Assembly (NCBI GenBank): GCA_001687465.1
Contig: LVLI01000204.1
Coordinates: 1-64,000, forward strand
Source: Halocafeteria seosinensis
Taxonomy: Eukaryota
DNA: 64,000 nucleotides
Direction of reading: 5' to 3'
The notes beneath the pieces were generated by a model. That model worked only from the letters and a program-made list of their open reading frames with translations, made no database searches and was not told the DNA's origin. The translations under genes were made by a program, and so were the position numbers. Below are positions 24,212 through 35,647 of this stretch, in pieces. Numbering within the stretch: the first letter of the stretch is position 1; every line of letters starts with the position of its first letter.

Positions 24212-24640
24212 ACTACCGCTAGCGATATTGGTAGATTCTCTGTTTTGTATCTGTTGCCTGTACTTTGACTCACATCCTTCCTCAGCCAAACAACAACAAC
24301 TGGCCAGTGCCCGCTGGCCCGGACAGACTGTCCGGGACAGTCCTATGGTGGCGGAACACGCCCAACATTCCTTTCACCCAAATCCACCCCCTTCGAGCCC
24401 CCTGTGAAACGGTTTTTGTTGTCCAGCTCCTGAAGGACTGTGTGTTCGATAATGGAAGGAATTTGTGGAAAAATGAAACGAAAGCCAGGTGATATGTTTT
24501 GCTAACGGCGTGAAACGCTTGTGACTTGCTTTTTGCGGTCAAACAAGAAGATTGGCTTACACATCCAGTCCATTTCTTTTTTTGAAATCCCCACATACAA
24601 CACACCGCATCGAGGTGCATCTAGGTGATCTTCGGCAGAT

Positions 24641-27600
24641 ATGAGTGCATTGCTAGAGAGTAAGATCGAGTCCGCTCTCGCTGCCGCTGAAATCTCGTCA
24701 GAAGAGGGAGGAGAAGAAGATAAGAGTATTCATGGAAGCCCGGAGAAAGGAGGCTACCAGCACGACGAAGAGCATGATAATACTGATGATTTCTTGTCTG
24801 ATTTGCAATCGACGGAGGGTAGTGCTGATGTGTTCGACGCAGAAATGACTTCCGTAGACGCACCCACGTCTTCCGTTGACACAGTTGCCGCCGCTTCTAC
24901 AGCTGTGAAACCGAAATCCAATCCCTCCACGGGGTGCCTGGCAGCCAACCGTAAAGAGAATGGGCACCGAAACGAACTCAACCAGCCGTCTCGGCAACAG
25001 TCGAATCACATGAAAAACAATATAACTCCGAAATCCCCCTTAACATCATCAGTGACTCTGAGGACCTCAAATGCTTCGGTCCCAACTGCGGACCAGAGCT
25101 CATTCCCACGAGAGCAACGGTATGATAAACGAACGAATTACGTGACTGGTAGCTCAAGACAAGGAAATTCAGTAATGGCGAATGGAAATGGTCCGAAGAG
25201 AGCGCGATCTGAGTCCTCAAGGACTCGTAAGTCTGATCGAGACACACCTGGACAACGGTATACTGCACGCGGAGATGCCGCACGCAATGCCCGTCGTTCC
25301 TCTTTTTCTTCGGTGGATAGCCGAGAACGTTCACAAACTCCTTCGTCACCAGTAAGTTGTGCAGCGGGATAATGCCTCCGTCCCTCTGCCATCACTGAAT
25401 TTTTTGCAGTCACTGAAGAGACCCGCCTCCAGCGTTAGCATGAACGCCTCGCAATTAGATATGTGCTCTCGTCTTAGCACTCCTGTGAGTACCCCCTCCT
25501 ATGTGTATGACTGGAGTTGTGTACGTCATCCGTGTTATCTTGAGCTTCCAGAGACGTCGGGAAAGAGATAGAAATGTGCCTTTCGACAAGGGACTACGAA
25601 GCAATTCCAACACTGCGCCTAAACTTGAGCGTTCAGCAAGCGCCCGAAGAAGCCACACTGTTAGAGGTATGACTATTCCCTAGGGTAGTTTTATTAGGGT
25701 TCGCATCTTGTTCCAAATTTATTGCAGACCCGGAGTCTGCTGATGCCGACAGCTGTATTCGTTTGTCAAACCCTGATGATGTGCTTGGTAGACCCACAAC
25801 TCGAACGCCTGTCCGATCCTCCAGAACCCGTAGTTCTCTAAAGCGGACCGCCTCTGAGCCACCCACTCGTAGACGTACAACTCGTAGTACAGGCCCGATG
25901 CTGAGGACCTCCAGTCGAAGTCAACTGCGTGCAAAAAAGGCCAGCCTGAGCCCTGCTTCGAAGGAGTGTCACGACGATGACCCTTCGCGCATTGGGCCAG
26001 AATGGGATTTCACTGTCGCAAATGACCTTTCCAAACGTGAGCACTCCGAAGATAATGTATTACAGCAAGGTGAGTGGTACCTGTTCGAAGGGTCATGTGC
26101 GGGTGCTAAACCCTTTGAGTGTTATGCAGTACCGTCTTCCAAGCGCCTGTCGCGCTCCCAAGCCCAGGAGGTCAGCGAGAGACTTTACCGGCGGGCCGAA
26201 ATACTGAAGTAAGTCAATGTGTTGCAGTAGGAATTGCAGAGATCGAGTTTTAATATGCAACTAATGCAGGGAGCGACTCAATCAAAAGTCTTTGCAACTC
26301 AAGGAGCGTTATACTTTTTCTCCTCGTCGTAACAAACCAACCACTCGTTCTGTAAGTGCCTACATTGTATAGATGCAATAAGTCTGCGTTTCCTGTATAA
26401 ATTCGTGTACGCTGCTGCAGAGCACCCCTGAAAATGACCGTTTCGAACAACTATACTCTCAAGCCCGTGAACTAAGGAAGAGGCATGCGTCGAAAGCTGA
26501 AGAATCTGTGCGAGCGTCCTGCACATTCAAGCCGAAGATAAACCCTCAACGACGTACAAGGAGTCATTCTGTAGATAGTGCAATTAACAGAAGTAAAGCG
26601 GGAAGTGATGGCAAAAATCACTTCACTAAGCTGTATTCACGTGCCTCCGAGTATCAAAAGCGGTTGGAAACTAGAAGAATGTCCTCCGAATCTGCCCACA
26701 CATTCAAGCCGAAATTATCATCTAGAAGTCTTCAAATTGCGGAGCGAGGGCGAAGCAAATCTCCTCAGCGCAATATTTACAACACCAAAGCATTAAAGGA
26801 CAAATGGAGTGGCTGGGAGGCTGAGAAAAGGAAGCAAGAACTTCAAAACTGTACTTTTAGACCTGCCACTCGCTCTCGGAGCAGAACTCGCCAGAAGGAA
26901 GCAGAGGAAAGCGAGAAGATAAACGTACACGAGCGTCTCTATAACGTGTATAATGAAACGAGAAGCCGTTTAGCAACCAAAACGAAGGAAAGACAGAGAG
27001 AAGAATTGAGAGGAGCTACGTTTTCTCCGTGCATTAACCGCACATCACGCCAGGTGGCATCTCGTTCTCGTGGCAGTTCCTCTGTGCGTAAGTTCAGCGA
27101 TGCTAGCATTGAAGACAATGCATCTACGAAGAGTCGAAAAAGCTGTGAAGAAACGGGGAACCGCTTATACAACGACGCGAAGAAGCTACAAGAAAAAATA
27201 CAGAAAAAGCGGGAACAGCTTCAGGCTGAGCAAGCTCCTTTTAGGCCGACTACTAGTAAGAGACGACGGAATGGACATGCAGTCTCTCGTAGCCAGAGTG
27301 CTTCTGACCGACATAAGAAAAATACCTTTGATCGACTGTATACCGCAAGGGTACGACCCGAGCCGTTTCTCAGACCTTCATACTCCCGGCAAGAAGCAGA
27401 GGATCTCCGGGAGTGTACATTCAAACCAAATGCGAATCAACGCTCCCGGAGCGTACCCCCGTCGAGGCAAGCTGGCCGTGAGAGGCCGGTGTGGGAACGA
27501 CTACATGCTGAGTCCACTGTCATTGAACGAACGCGAGCCATTAGAAACGTTCTGAAACACCAGCTGGAAGCTGACGGGTGCACGTTTTCCCCCAATACGC

Positions 27601-28043
27601 ACTCATCCGGCAGGTTACTTCTTGAAGAGCATTCCAGTAGGCGACTTAAGCATGGGGAAAAAGGGAGCGAGAAAGACGATAGTACGGAGAGATTACGAGA
27701 GCAGACGCAGCGGATTCCTGCAGTATCCGTACCACCGCAGGCCATTCCTCGAGGGCGGACAATCGCTCCTTCCGACCCCTCTCCTGCTGAATTTGAGGCG
27801 CACTTGCCGGCATCTAACACGGAAACTTCGCAAGAAACAGACAAGACAAATGAACATGTTCTTTATACTGGATGCGATGTAACGCAAGAAGGTGAACTTC
27901 TCGATAAGCAAGGCAATCAGCAGGTCAAGGATTGCGAACGGCTCCTCGATGGACATGGAGAGGAGCGTGATGCTGATTTTGTTAGCGACGAGGGTGAGTT
28001 TTCAGTGGAAGTTGGATATGAAGTAGGTAGTGGCTGGGAATAA
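24641..28043 (+). CDS. Low-complexity basic protein with repeated (E)CTFxP and ERLY motifs, possibly cytoskeletal/microtubule-associated, multi-exon
   Basis: Repeats SCTFKPKIN, HTFKPK, NCTFRP, ATFSP, ECTFKP, GCTFSP alternate with ERLY/DRLY/ERLH. The function is inferred. Confidence 0.6.
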
Positions 28044-28081
28044 TGTTCAATTAATTGATGCCTTTATTGTGTATTATTTTG

Positions 28082-30571
28082 TCATGTTTGAGTAGACGAT
28101 CGTTTACCACAGTCATAGCTACCCCTCCAAGCCTCACTGCAAGTGCACAGTCCGGTTTCAGGACTGCATAGGCCATGTCCATTACACTCGTCTACTACTG
28201 CGTCTAAAGTTTGGACTCTTATCGCGCTTGATACATGCAATTTGGACTCATCAAAGCCCAAAGGCATCAAAAGGTGACCATGGGTCACTGCGTCTAGAAA
28301 CTCAACAGAAATTTCCCACCGCGTGTCGTTTGTAGAACAAATACGGCTTGCGTCCGTATTGCTTAGAGAAATAGAAACGTTATGGATCGTAGGAAGTAGC
28401 CTCAGTGAGCTGGCTAGCTCGTCTAGTGAAGCATTGGCCGGAATCGGTTGCGAGTGACTAGGACCAAATGAGAGTTTGAATGACGGCTGGTGGCCATCCT
28501 CCCCCGGCCTCACGTAGCAGTGGAATTTCTGGATCTCATACTTCATTCCGTTCTCTGCAGTTGTGCATCGTTCTGGAAAAAAGGGAGAAAGTGTACAGAA
28601 CTTAGTTCGACAACAATGGCTACAAAGTATGTTTATGCGCACTTTGAGAGCAATCGTATCCCGTATATCCCTCGTCGCATTTTCCGCATCCATAAATTTT
28701 GTCGGCATCCCACGTCGATGGCAACGAGGGGGTTCCATATTTGAAATCGGAGTACCTCTCTGCGAGAGACCGCATTGGCAAACAATTTCCATGTCCGCTG
28801 CATCCTTGTTTGGAGCACTTCACTGCAGCCATGCCCCGAAGCACTTGGTTACAACGAGCGGTCAAAACATTTGTCGACGGACTTACTGTTCTGACAAGCG
28901 TCTCCAAAAAACGGAGCTACACAATCACATATTCCCGATAGTCTATCGCATACTCCTTTATCACTGCACTCAGAATGTCCATATTCATCCATCTGGGGAC
29001 GATCCCAACTAACGTCTCGTGGGCAAACCCCTGCATTGTAATCCAGTTTGCATGCACAAGTCAGGCAGCCTGCACACATAACCACATAACCTCAAGCGTT
29101 GACCTTACTATCGGAGCATGCTATCCCAATCCACCCGGAATAACAAGAGCATCGCCCAGAGGATGAATCGCAGTTACCATGCCCAGAACAAGGTGGTGAC
29201 AATATACCTTGCCGTTCATCCAGGTCTGTTGGACAAGACGGTTCTTCCCCTGGTTCTCCACACCAAGCACAAGGTTGGAATCGTCCACGTCTATCTTTGA
29301 CTGGGCCGAATCCCCGTGCACATTTGCACTCGCCTTTCCGCCTATCACAAACTCCCCTGCCATTGCACTCCTCATAAGTGGAATTTCCTCGTGTTGAGCT
29401 ATACAGTTCCGAAGAACCCTTTCGCTCTAAAGCTGGAAATACAGCAGCAATGACATGAACTAACAAAATCCACCTCCCCAGATGAATCAGCATCAGTAGA
29501 CACGCACCAGCGCCGTGACTAGCGGTAACAATCTTATTGTCATCAAGGCCTTGTAACAACTCTCCATACTCATTCCTGACCTCTATTGTTTCTGTTCTGT
29601 TGAAATAACGTTATGAGATTAATGCTGTATCGAACCAAGCATCATGTGTACCACTTACTCCGGTAAGCTTGGATGGAAGTAAATGGCAACGATAGTGCGA
29701 CTGATAGAAGTGGAATGCGCAGCGTCGCAGAACGTGTCACCACCAACATTCCTGACGTCAATTCGTTCATGGATGTCCAACCTATCAAGAAGGGTTTCAA
29801 GCTCGCTAGCAGCGGTGTTTGGCCCAAAAGGGGCTGTAGTTCTCCCGAGAATTCGGAAAGTGAACTTGGCGTTGGCATCCGCAGAATAATCACATCTCAC
29901 TAGTTGGATTGTCGGTACGTCGTATGTGTCTCCGGCCATACTAACTGGACCTCTTGGGCATTTTCTGTCCCGACAGTCTATTCCAGTGTAGTTTGGGTCG
30001 CATTTACAGGCAGTTAATTTTCCAGTCCCCCAATACGCGAAGTCAGCTACTTCGACGTTTGACGTCGGGAGGTCCTTGCGAGGTGTACACACACCATGAC
30101 CCATGCAATTTTGAGGACACATCACTGGATACAAACGAAGCCTCCTTATCGTAATTCCGAAACATATTCTGTTCAGAAAAAGCACTACTCACATCTTTGA
30201 CATGCGGTTCCCGTGAAACCCGGATCACACGTGCACTTGCCCACGCTCCTATCACATTCACCTCGGTTAGAGCACTCCGCAACTCTGTGAGCGAAGTTCT
30301 CTGCAACTGGGACATCTGACCAAGCGCGTCCTACAGGGCATGTTTTAAGCCTGCAATCACTGCCCGTCCACCCCGGTTTGCATTCACATAGTCCAGAACT
30401 GGTGCAAGTACCGCGTCTATTGCATCTGTTCAGACACTGGGAAGAGACAACTGGCCACAGGATGACGGTCGATGACAGGACAGCAAACAGTGTGCGCTTT
30501 CCCCTTATCCTGCAGCAGCTGCGCGCTGTCGTCAGTAAATTGTCGTGGGCCATTAACCGTTTATTGTCCAT
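28082..30571 (-). CDS. Secreted cysteine-rich EGF/tenascin-repeat protein, tubular mastigoneme-protein-like, multi-exon
   Basis: Signal-like hydrophobic stretch and repeated CPxGxAWxD..AH..ECSNRGxCDRxxGxCxCxxGFxGxACQ blocks, as in stramenopile mastigoneme/Sig-type proteins. Splice sites link the fragment ORFs, but it could be two genes. Confidence 0.75.
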
Positions 30572-30789
30572 ACTATATGCACCAATGATGGATATTCCTT
30601 AGAAGTTATTTCATTCATTCACTTATCCACGGCATCATCATCATGATCGTACGGCAGCTAATGCTTGCGGTTTGGTGCTTAGTGGGCAAGCTCGCACGTG
30701 TTCCTTAATAAAAACATACTCATGTATTTGTTACAACAGGCTGTAGATCTACAATGTGTTCCTGTTGTGATTGAAGTTGAACCTTCCCC

Positions 30790-31105
30790 CGTACACTGTA
30801 CACTGTACAGACCGTGTAACAGACGTAGTCTAGCCTACGTCTTCCCGGTAGGAGCAATACCAATACACAACACTTTTGTCATTCAGACTGGAATCCACTG
30901 GATAGAGAGTCATTGGAACTACTAGCTTTGTAGCTAGTCAGGTGGGTGGAGACACAGGAGAAAAGTTACGTACCGCGAGACGAAAAACCAAAACTGAGAC
31001 GGATAGGGGGATCTGTCACATATGTGGTACACTGTGGAGTGTGTTACACTGTGTGTATTAGTGCTCCTGCCGGAAGACGTGTCGGCTACAGCCTACGCTG
31101 GGTGA
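30790..31105. mobile_element. Degenerate foldback/MITE-like relic
   Basis: 30824-30868 (CGTAGTCTAGCCTACGTCTTCCCGGTAGGAGCA..) is an imperfect inverted copy of 31053-31097. 30806-30824 matches the reverse complement of 31039-31057. Confidence 0.5.
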
Positions 31106-31896
31106 ACCCTACCTGGAACCGCTCCAACATCTTCACGTTGTAGCGCATCAACGCTACAGACAGTTTGGGCGTCATCTTGTTTCCCAGCGGAAGCAGAAGC
31201 CTGGGGCTTTCCTGGCAATTCTCTTGAGGTCTACTGTATCACGAACGGGATAATTCCTTGCGGTGGTCCCCTAGACGTCCATATTTTGTTTGCTTCGTCT
31301 TCTCCGATTCTGCCGCGATGGTTAGGGTTCTTCCCGCTGTCCTGGCTAGTCTTTCTCCTGTGAGTGTCAGAGAGAGGCTGAGGGAACAGCGGGGACGTCG
31401 CTGCCACCTAAGTGTAGCGGCTCACAACCAACTGCCTGTGGGACATCAGTCACACATTCGTCACCGTAGTGACTCACATAGCGCCTTGATTGGGCAAGCT
31501 TTTGGATATAGAAAGTCCCAAAGCACCTGGCGTCACGACGCTTGGAGCGTAACTCACATCTTCACGTATGGACGTCTAGTACTACTTGACTGCAAGCCGT
31601 AGAGAATGTGCAGTGTCCCAACGGCACTGGACAATCCGACGCATGACAGTTCAATCAGTTGCACCACCGTGGCCACTGTACCTCCTGCTACAAGTTTCCC
31701 GTCAGTTTGGGAAAGTATTTACTTCCAAGCTCATTCTTGCTGGAATTTGCACCTCATAATTTGTAGTATATATCGATATGAGGAGCTTCCCGGCCTCATC
31801 AGGCGTCAATACCAACAAGATTTTCAAATACACAATGGTGGTCAATGGTTCACGTTCCAATGAGCGATGTAGATTTCGAATGCGGATGCATCGCAA

Positions 31897-33027
31897 TTAG
31901 CAACAATGTCCAAATCTACTAACTCCAATCATGGGGATTTCCCTACCGACAGCGTCGCAAGCAAACTCAATAGTTTCCTTTTGCTGTTGCCATGGTGGAC
32001 AAAAGCCGCCAATACCTATGTCTCGGAGACGCGCAAGAAGATTGGAGGCATATAACCGATGTTGTCGTACAAGTCTGCCGAGTCGTGATTTCGATACCTC
32101 ACACTTGTAGACTACCCGACGATTCCTTATTGTCGTCGTTCCCACACTTTCGGACCGTATCTGATATCCGAGCTCTTCTTCAAAACCGTTGTCTACTAGT
32201 CCCCGAATGATATTTAAGTGTATTTGCCGAAAATAAGCCATGTACACTTCGTTTAAGTAAAACTTCTTTACAGAGGGGGGAACTACCATTGCCTGCTTTG
32301 TCCGCGTTTTCATGCGAAAGTGGGTTTGCAAATACTCGATCGCACGGGACACGTTAGCTAGAGCGCTTTCATAGCTTAGCAAAGCCACATGTGGAAAAAT
32401 GTGCGCCGTTTGCAGGTACGATTTGTACTTCCTAGAACGCATTTCAACTACAGAATCATAGGACCATCGAGACGGCCGATCGAATATTTCTTTTCCTTCA
32501 TGATAGCTTGCGTACGGCTTAGTCAAAAAATCACCAAAGCTGGAGCTCGGCGTTATGTGATACGGCCTTTTGTAGAGGGAGCGAAGCCAGGCGTAGAGAT
32601 CTTTAACGACTATAACGACGAGCACGCTTGGCGGATCGCTATCGAATCCACGACTCCTATCAGGGGTGTACGGCCAATGTTTGTTCAGCGACATCACGTC
32701 GACCTCGAAAGAATTCTTAATAAGTGACGTGAAAAAGTTGGTGCCCGATCGCCGCTCCCCAAAGAGCAGTACTTTGGTTATTGCGGCATCGTTCTTGTTC
32801 GATATTGTTGTTGTAGCTCTCCCGAACACTCTGGAAAAACCACCCTCACTGGACTTGCAGATATCATTGTCAAACGAAAAGCACCTGGTAGCTAACACTT
32901 GATCACTCCGCATTGACGCATTTTCTTTCTTGGTGGAAACAGAGGTAGGGATCATGAGGCGAGCGCGAGCTTCCAGGGTACAGAGCCTTACAAGCCCGAG
33001 CGTCAGCAACATTATATGACGTCGCAT
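31897..33027 (-). CDS. Intronless sulfotransferase-like (P-loop fold) protein with N-terminal signal/anchor
   Basis: 5'-PSB-like LLFGERRSGTNFF, KHW, 3'-PB-like VVIVVKDLYAWLRSLYKRPYH, LLSYE and terminal EEELGY. Confidence 0.7.
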   Translation of the reverse strand: MRRHIMLLTLGLVRLCTLEARARLMIPTSVSTKKENASMRSDQVLATRCFSFDNDICKSSEGGFSRVFGRATTTISNKNDAAITKVLLFGERRSGTNFFTSLIKNSFEVDVMSLNKHWPYTPDRSRGFDSDPPSVLVVIVVKDLYAWLRSLYKRPYHITPSSSFGDFLTKPYASYHEGKEIFDRPSRWSYDSVVEMRSRKYKSYLQTAHIFPHVALLSYESALANVSRAIEYLQTHFRMKTRTKQAMVVPPSVKKFYLNEVYMAYFRQIHLNIIRGLVDNGFEEELGYQIRSESVGTTTIRNRRVVYKCEVSKSRLGRLVRQHRLYASNLLARLRDIGIGGFCPPWQQQKETIEFACDAVGREIPMIGVSRFGHCC

Positions 33028-33534
33028 TCTCGTATCTGTCTGCTTTGTTGCTCATTCGTCGCTTTGCCAACAAAAGTGCTAAGAGACATTAGGCGGTCAG
33101 TGTAGTTCAACGACCGTGGCAATACCCACATATCCTGCAGTGGCGGCAAACCCGGCTCAGCAATCCACCGCTGGCGGAGTCCCAAACTCGCACTCGATGC
33201 ATTGCGACTCTGCCTTTGTCGACCAGCGAGTCAAAGGTGTAACTGACTCACAGCTACGCGCGCGAATGGTTCGGCGTACAGCGGCATGACCATCCCGCCT
33301 CGGGGGTGGGGCAACAGTAGAACTCCTTCAGGCGGAGTTCAGTAAGCCTGATCTCACTGAGAAACTCACATGACCTGTGGGATGTGTGCATAGGTACTAG
33401 GGATACGCTTGCGCAACTGTACAAAATTGTAAATTGTACAACTCCGGAACGGTACCGGCCCCAACGACCCGTACCTCGCCACATGATTCCTAAAGTGAAA
33501 CATCCGTACCCCCGGTATGATCGCGCATACAGGC

Positions 33535-33915
33535 AGTTCGCGCTTCGTCAGGATATGGCAGTACCACGTAGACATATCTTACATGCGTCTACCCTTTATA
33601 CACATCAAGAAGCAAAGGCGGGTGTACCTGCGAAGCCACATTGCGGACCGGGTCCCGCAGCTCCGCGGCGCGAAATCCGGGACTCATCGGAAGGGATGCT
33701 CGGGAAGTTGATCGTCTGAGCCACGCACTTCAGCAGGATATGGCAATAGCATATTTACGTTCGCACATCATACATGCGGTTATGCTTCATACAGACCAAG
33801 CAGCGGGGGTTGGTTATCGGATATCCACTGGCGGTATACCTGCGCGGGAAACCCGTCTCGCGTCCCCGCCCTTCGAACCCGGACTTGATCGGAAGGTATC
33901 CTCGGGAAGGTGGTC
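33535..33915 (+). repeat. Degenerate tandem duplication, two ~190-bp units
   Basis: Both units share CTTC..CAGGATATGGCA, TACATGCG, TACCTGCG and ATCGGAAGG.AT.CTCGGGAAG.TG.TCG. Confidence 0.8.
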
Positions 33916-34799
33916 GCGGTAGACGTCCGTTTATACGTTTGAACAGGCCTAGAACGAAGGAATCAGCGACCAGCGGAGTGAATTCTTTCCAATGGACTAA
34001 CATTTTCGGGGAATGGGTGGAATGCACGGCCACCCAAGGTCTAAAAACCTGAAACAGGATTTTCCCATGCAGTCTACAATGTGAAGGTACAAGGACATAC
34101 TTATATGTATGTACCGTAGCCATCCTCAAGCATATTTCAGGGTGGCGAAGTCAATCATTTTGAAGCCACTGTCGCCGGAATCAAGGAATTGGATACAGTA
34201 TTGCTAGTCAACAGGGGCTGTAGAATACATGTACCACGCCTCTAAATTTTTTTGTATCCAGTACCTCCTGTGTTTTCGAGTAAGTCGCTAATTTCTTCGT
34301 CTCCGCCTATCCTATTGTGACCTTCCTGTCGCGGCAGGCTAGGGAAACGACTGTTCTCACCCGCGAGCTTCTGAACTTAGAAAATGTAAGGCAGTAGTAC
34401 ACTACTGTAATATCAACGAAAAGACTAAGCAGGAGGATCGGGCAACGCTATGTTCACAAACGCCTCGTTCACTGTTAGTGGAGTCAAGTCAGCCTAGCCA
34501 AGCATGGTCGCTTAAGTGAAGCCAATTGCAGCTAGCACTACCCAGTCTCCCGTGTTCTTGGTGTGAATAGCTTCCAACGAAGCCAATGGTGCTGGAATAC
34601 AGTTGTGGAATCGCATATAGAGCGAATACAGCTGTAATAGATGGATCGTAACTGGGGTTTGAGGTGGTTGACTCCGCCCAAAGCCCGAAGACCCTCGAGC
34701 GGACGACATAGTCGTTCCGCCACAGGCCTGCGCGGCGACCGCAAGATGCCTGCTTCAACAAACACAAAAAGAAATCCAGTTTCGTTTCCGCTGTTGTTG

Positions 34800-34970
34800 A
34801 ACCGTAAGCATCGGCCTAAGTCTACTAACGGCTGCGCGCAGCATGAGGGGAAAAGCCACACTATTTACTGTTCTGTGATCTGCCGTCACGTTGTGGCCAG
34901 TTGTCTCTTCTCAGTGTTTGAGCACACGTAATAGCTGCACCAGCTCTGGCCAATGTGAATGCAACCAGGA
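34800..34970 (+). pseudogene. Inverted, truncated copy of the 5' end of the EGF/mastigoneme-like gene
   Basis: TGTGGCCAGTTGTCTCTTC is shared with 30439-30457 (minus). Translation WPVVSSQCL..CTSSGQCEC compares with WPVVSSQCL..CTSSGLCEC. A TGA interrupts the signal region and homology stops after ~34970. Confidence 0.85.
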
Positions 34971-35647
34971 GCAGATAGTTACTACCGCAGTGAAGCATTT
35001 CACACTTAATCCTCACCCGGTGCCCACTAGCCACTTGTCCGCAATGGAACGCATGGACGGGGTCTTTAAGCACTGTTTTATCATAGCACAATGATGCCAA
35101 TGGACGCTTCGGACCCCTCTGCGAACGCCCCTATTTGCCTCAGTGAAGATTACATAGACAACAACCCCGGTAGGAGGATTAGTCAGCGATAGAGTAACAA
35201 TGAATGAGGAATGAATACAGTACGTCAAATCACGTTTAAAGTATCTTTGTGAAGTTCGGCGCCCGCCGTCCGGGACTTTGCGGCCCGCAATTGCGGGCCG
35301 AATGCCCGCCCGATACCCGATACCCCGCGGGCCGAGCTGCGCCACCACAGGCTGCGCTGCTACAAAATATTCCTGCTTGTTTTCAGCATTTTAATCAAAA
35401 AAGATTTGAATCTTGTTGAAAATCAGGAGAAACGAAAATGGTTCGTACGCCATCAATATATCATCCCAAGAGCTGTTTTGGTGGCTATGCATGCACTAGA
35501 GATGTTGGTAGCCATACATGTACAGTACATGTATATGTTCCCCTACTACTTTTGATTTGAAGTCAATGAACCAGGTGCCTACAGAAGAGTGACTCGAACG
35601 GCGGTGTGAAGGTGTATTGGGTCTTGCTCTAGCTACTGTACAGTATA

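Noticed and set aside
31505..31795. RNase MRP RNA (GAAAGTCCC motif)
   Set aside because: No properly complementary CR-V strand for helix P4 was found, and the motif lies in a local hairpin.
31770..31805. Hammerhead ribozyme (CTGATGA on the minus strand)
   Set aside because: There is no GAAA after the candidate stem II, so the core is incomplete.
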